Below the pieces are notes generated by a model, which did no database searches, was not told where the DNA came from, and saw only the letters and a list, made by a program, of their open reading frames with translations. A DNA stretch of 63,764 bases, counting the filler, from Stramenopiles sp. TOSAG23-3 (lineage: Eukaryota): assembly GCA_900128585.1 (NCBI GenBank). It is 5 parts of 5 records of this genome, joined end to end, with 100 filler letters (N's around TTAATTAATTAA, not from the genome) between each part and the next. Parts side by side here need not be neighbours in the genome. Positions count along the whole stretch, not along the records: positions 61,786 to 63,764 come from LT645186.1; 4 more parts are not named here. One strand, given 5' to 3'. The translations under genes were made by a program, and so were the position numbers. Shown piece by piece: positions 61,808 to 63,764 of the stretch (position 1 is the first letter of the stretch; every line of letters begins with the position of its first letter).

Positions 61808-62120
61808 AACAGCCAATTATTTTCTTGTTTTTTTTTGATATGCATACCTGGTATGATATTCTTATATCATATCTCATATGATATTTTATTCCACAAAAAC
61901 AGAATATTTTTTCGTATTCTGGAACAACAAGGAGGAGATTGGGTTCTCTTTATTATATCGTATTAAAACATACTACTATATAATTTGTTTTTTTTATTAT
62001 TATTCCGTCCACGTTTTAATTAATTAATTACTTAAATAACAGCCAATTTTCTTGTTTTAAAATATTTCATAACAGCCATAATTTGTTTTTTTCATATGAA
62101 TAACAGCCAATTTTCTTGCT
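61808..62120 (-). repeat. Cluster of core AACAGCCAATTTTCTTG motifs plus a degenerate module B (61914-61993)
   Basis: Cores at about 61808, 62038, 62071, 62102; 'TATTCTGGAACAACAAGGAGGAGATTGGGTTCT'. Confidence 0.8.
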
Positions 62121-62208
62121 TTAATTAAAGTTCTGATTTTAGCTCCGGGCTCTCTAACATTCTTCAGAACGTATTCTTACTCATACGGCCCCCTCTCCCA
62201 ATTTGAGT

Positions 62209-63471
62209 TTAGTGCGCCTTTGGCAGCAGCGACGCTATTTCACCAAATCTAGGGGTCATCGTAAACGATACCGTTGGCGCAGACTTCATGTTTCCTACGC
62301 GTTTCTTGAACATGGTAGAGATTGCTGATGGTGTTTGGTATGTGCATGGCCCAGGCTCTCTTTTGCTTAACGTGAGGGCCTCTTCGGGTTCCACGAACCC
62401 GTGGACCAGCAACGATTCAGTCCGTTGCTGCTTTGATTGCATACGATCGGTGCTTTCGAACATACTCCCGAACGAGGTCGTTGCACCGACGGAGAACCTG
62501 GGCCCCATTCGCCGTGTTGCGTATTCGCACGTATCCAGCACCTCTTGGGTCGGAAAGTACGCACCTGGACCAGGGGAATCCTTCCCATAAGAGCTCGAAC
62601 CGGCCACCGCAACTATTTTCTGCTCTTGCGCACGCGTTGAGTTTCCAAACGTTGTCCTTCTCGGCGACTGACCGCGTTCTTTCGCAAAACTGCGGCCTGG
62701 AGTTGTGCTTGGTCGTCTGGGGGACATGGAATCTAGAACGTACGCTCCCGGCCCAGGCGTTCCTAGTTCTCCTTGGAACAGTGGGGGGCGCTGGGAGAGA
62801 CCAAAGCTAGTGGTTGGACGCCGGGGCGAAATAGAGGAAGACATCGACGAGGTGCGCATGGAGGCAGTCGATGGGCGATTCAATCCCTCGGTCTTGGAGT
62901 TCACTTCCCTTGCCAATGATGTTTGGTTTGCTTTTGTGACAGGCAGTCGGATGCCGAACCTTTTTTCAAGCTCTCTGCGGCCGGGCTGGGGGTAGTACAC
63001 TGGGCCTGGCGATTCGTGCCCAAACCGGGCATTTGCAAAGGCGGACGGCAAACTCGCCTCCATGGCCTGGGTTCGCGAAGCAGTTCCAAATGACACAGAC
63101 GGGGCCGACCGTGCCGTGGACGTAGGCTGGTACCCCATCGACGAGGCGAGCAACGACCGCCCCATGCCCGCTTGTTCCCATGGATTGATCTCTTCGTCAT
63201 CTTTTTTCTCTTCTACTCTTTGCGCGGCTTTTCCAAAGCTGAAGCGGGGAGATTTAGTACTCTTTGTTTCTCTGGGATTGTACGCCCCTGGCCCGGGGGT
63301 TTGATGGGATCGCACGATGCCAAACTTTTTCAATCGTGACACATGCGGTTGCCTCTTTCCTGTATACACACGTTTGGTTCTACGGTCCATGAAGGCAGTC
63401 CTCGATGGAGTCGAGCGCCGTACCAAGGCTACATTGTTTCTAGGTGGTTGGTTCCTTCGGTTCGATGGCAT
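62209..63471 (-). CDS. STPG/ODF3-like (SHIPPO, PGPGxY repeat) flagellar protein
   Basis: TPGPGAY twice, SPGPVYY, SPGPGAY, EPGPCTY, each with nearby P-x-x-S-F-G-like motifs. Confidence 0.85.
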   Translation of the reverse strand: MPSNRRNQPPRNNVALVRRSTPSRTAFMDRRTKRVYTGKRQPHVSRLKKFGIVRSHQTPGPGAYNPRETKSTKSPRFSFGKAAQRVEEKKDDEEINPWEQAGMGRSLLASSMGYQPTSTARSAPSVSFGTASRTQAMEASLPSAFANARFGHESPGPVYYPQPGRRELEKRFGIRLPVTKANQTSLAREVNSKTEGLNRPSTASMRTSSMSSSISPRRPTTSFGLSQRPPLFQGELGTPGPGAYVLDSMSPRRPSTTPGRSFAKERGQSPRRTTFGNSTRAQEQKIVAVAGSSSYGKDSPGPGAYFPTQEVLDTCEYATRRMGPRFSVGATTSFGSMFESTDRMQSKQQRTESLLVHGFVEPEEALTLSKREPGPCTYQTPSAISTMFKKRVGNMKSAPTVSFTMTPRFGEIASLLPKAH

Positions 63472-63764
63472 GAGTTTTGCGACTAAAGTACGTAAGTACG
63501 TAACAGATTGCAATGTTCAGCACAGAAACAAAACGATTGTTCTTCAAATTCCCATTAAAAATACACAACGTTAATTTTTCAATCATACATTATTATACGT
63601 TTGACTGATTGTGTGTTTCTATAAGTTAAGTTCCTATAATGATCTCACAATCACACTCACCACATTCTCATCGGCGCGCAAAATCAATTTTCCTCAACAG
63701 TAGTAGTAGTACCGTAGTAAGTAAATAATAAAGAAAGTAATAAAACAACATCATAATAATAATT

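Noticed and set aside
44748-63471. Apparent flagellar gene cluster (Sfi1-like, CFAP46, EF-hand, STPG)
   Set aside because: It spans three scaffolds joined by linkers, and the last two are both 1979 bp, suggesting sorted concatenation; adjacency across linkers is meaningless
179-63471. Alternative genetic code
   Set aside because: TAA, TAG and TGA all terminate conserved genes at expected positions, and long ORFs are open in the standard code

Overview
Genomic DNA from a flagellated unicellular eukaryote. CFAP46, CFAP97-like, STPG/ODF3-like, Sfi1-repeat and IQ genes point to flagella; a stramenopile-type heterotroph is a guess. The window is not one locus: four artificial N44-TTAATTAATTAA-N44 linkers join five scaffolds (1-19939, 20040-39776, 39877-59606, 59707-61685, 61786-63764). 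It holds about 23 nearly intronless genes, richer in GC than the very AT-rich spacers, and I found only one convincing GT-AG intron. Main observations: (1) a multi-TM MFS-like domain fused in frame to a non-RD TKL-type kinase; (2) a dispersed non-coding repeat family (core AAAACAAGAAAATTGGCTGTT plus ~140-bp modules) seen only downstream of gene 3' ends; (3) a C2H2-HMG-RAMA chromatin protein sharing an unusual zinc-finger signature with a second gene; (4) SPT5 broken by a frameshift exactly at the edge of a 79-bp inverted duplicate, probably an artefact; (5) a giant surface receptor whose only nearby ATG is out of frame across a C-CCT-TTT slippery motif. All family assignments come from motif recognition by eye; no searches were run.
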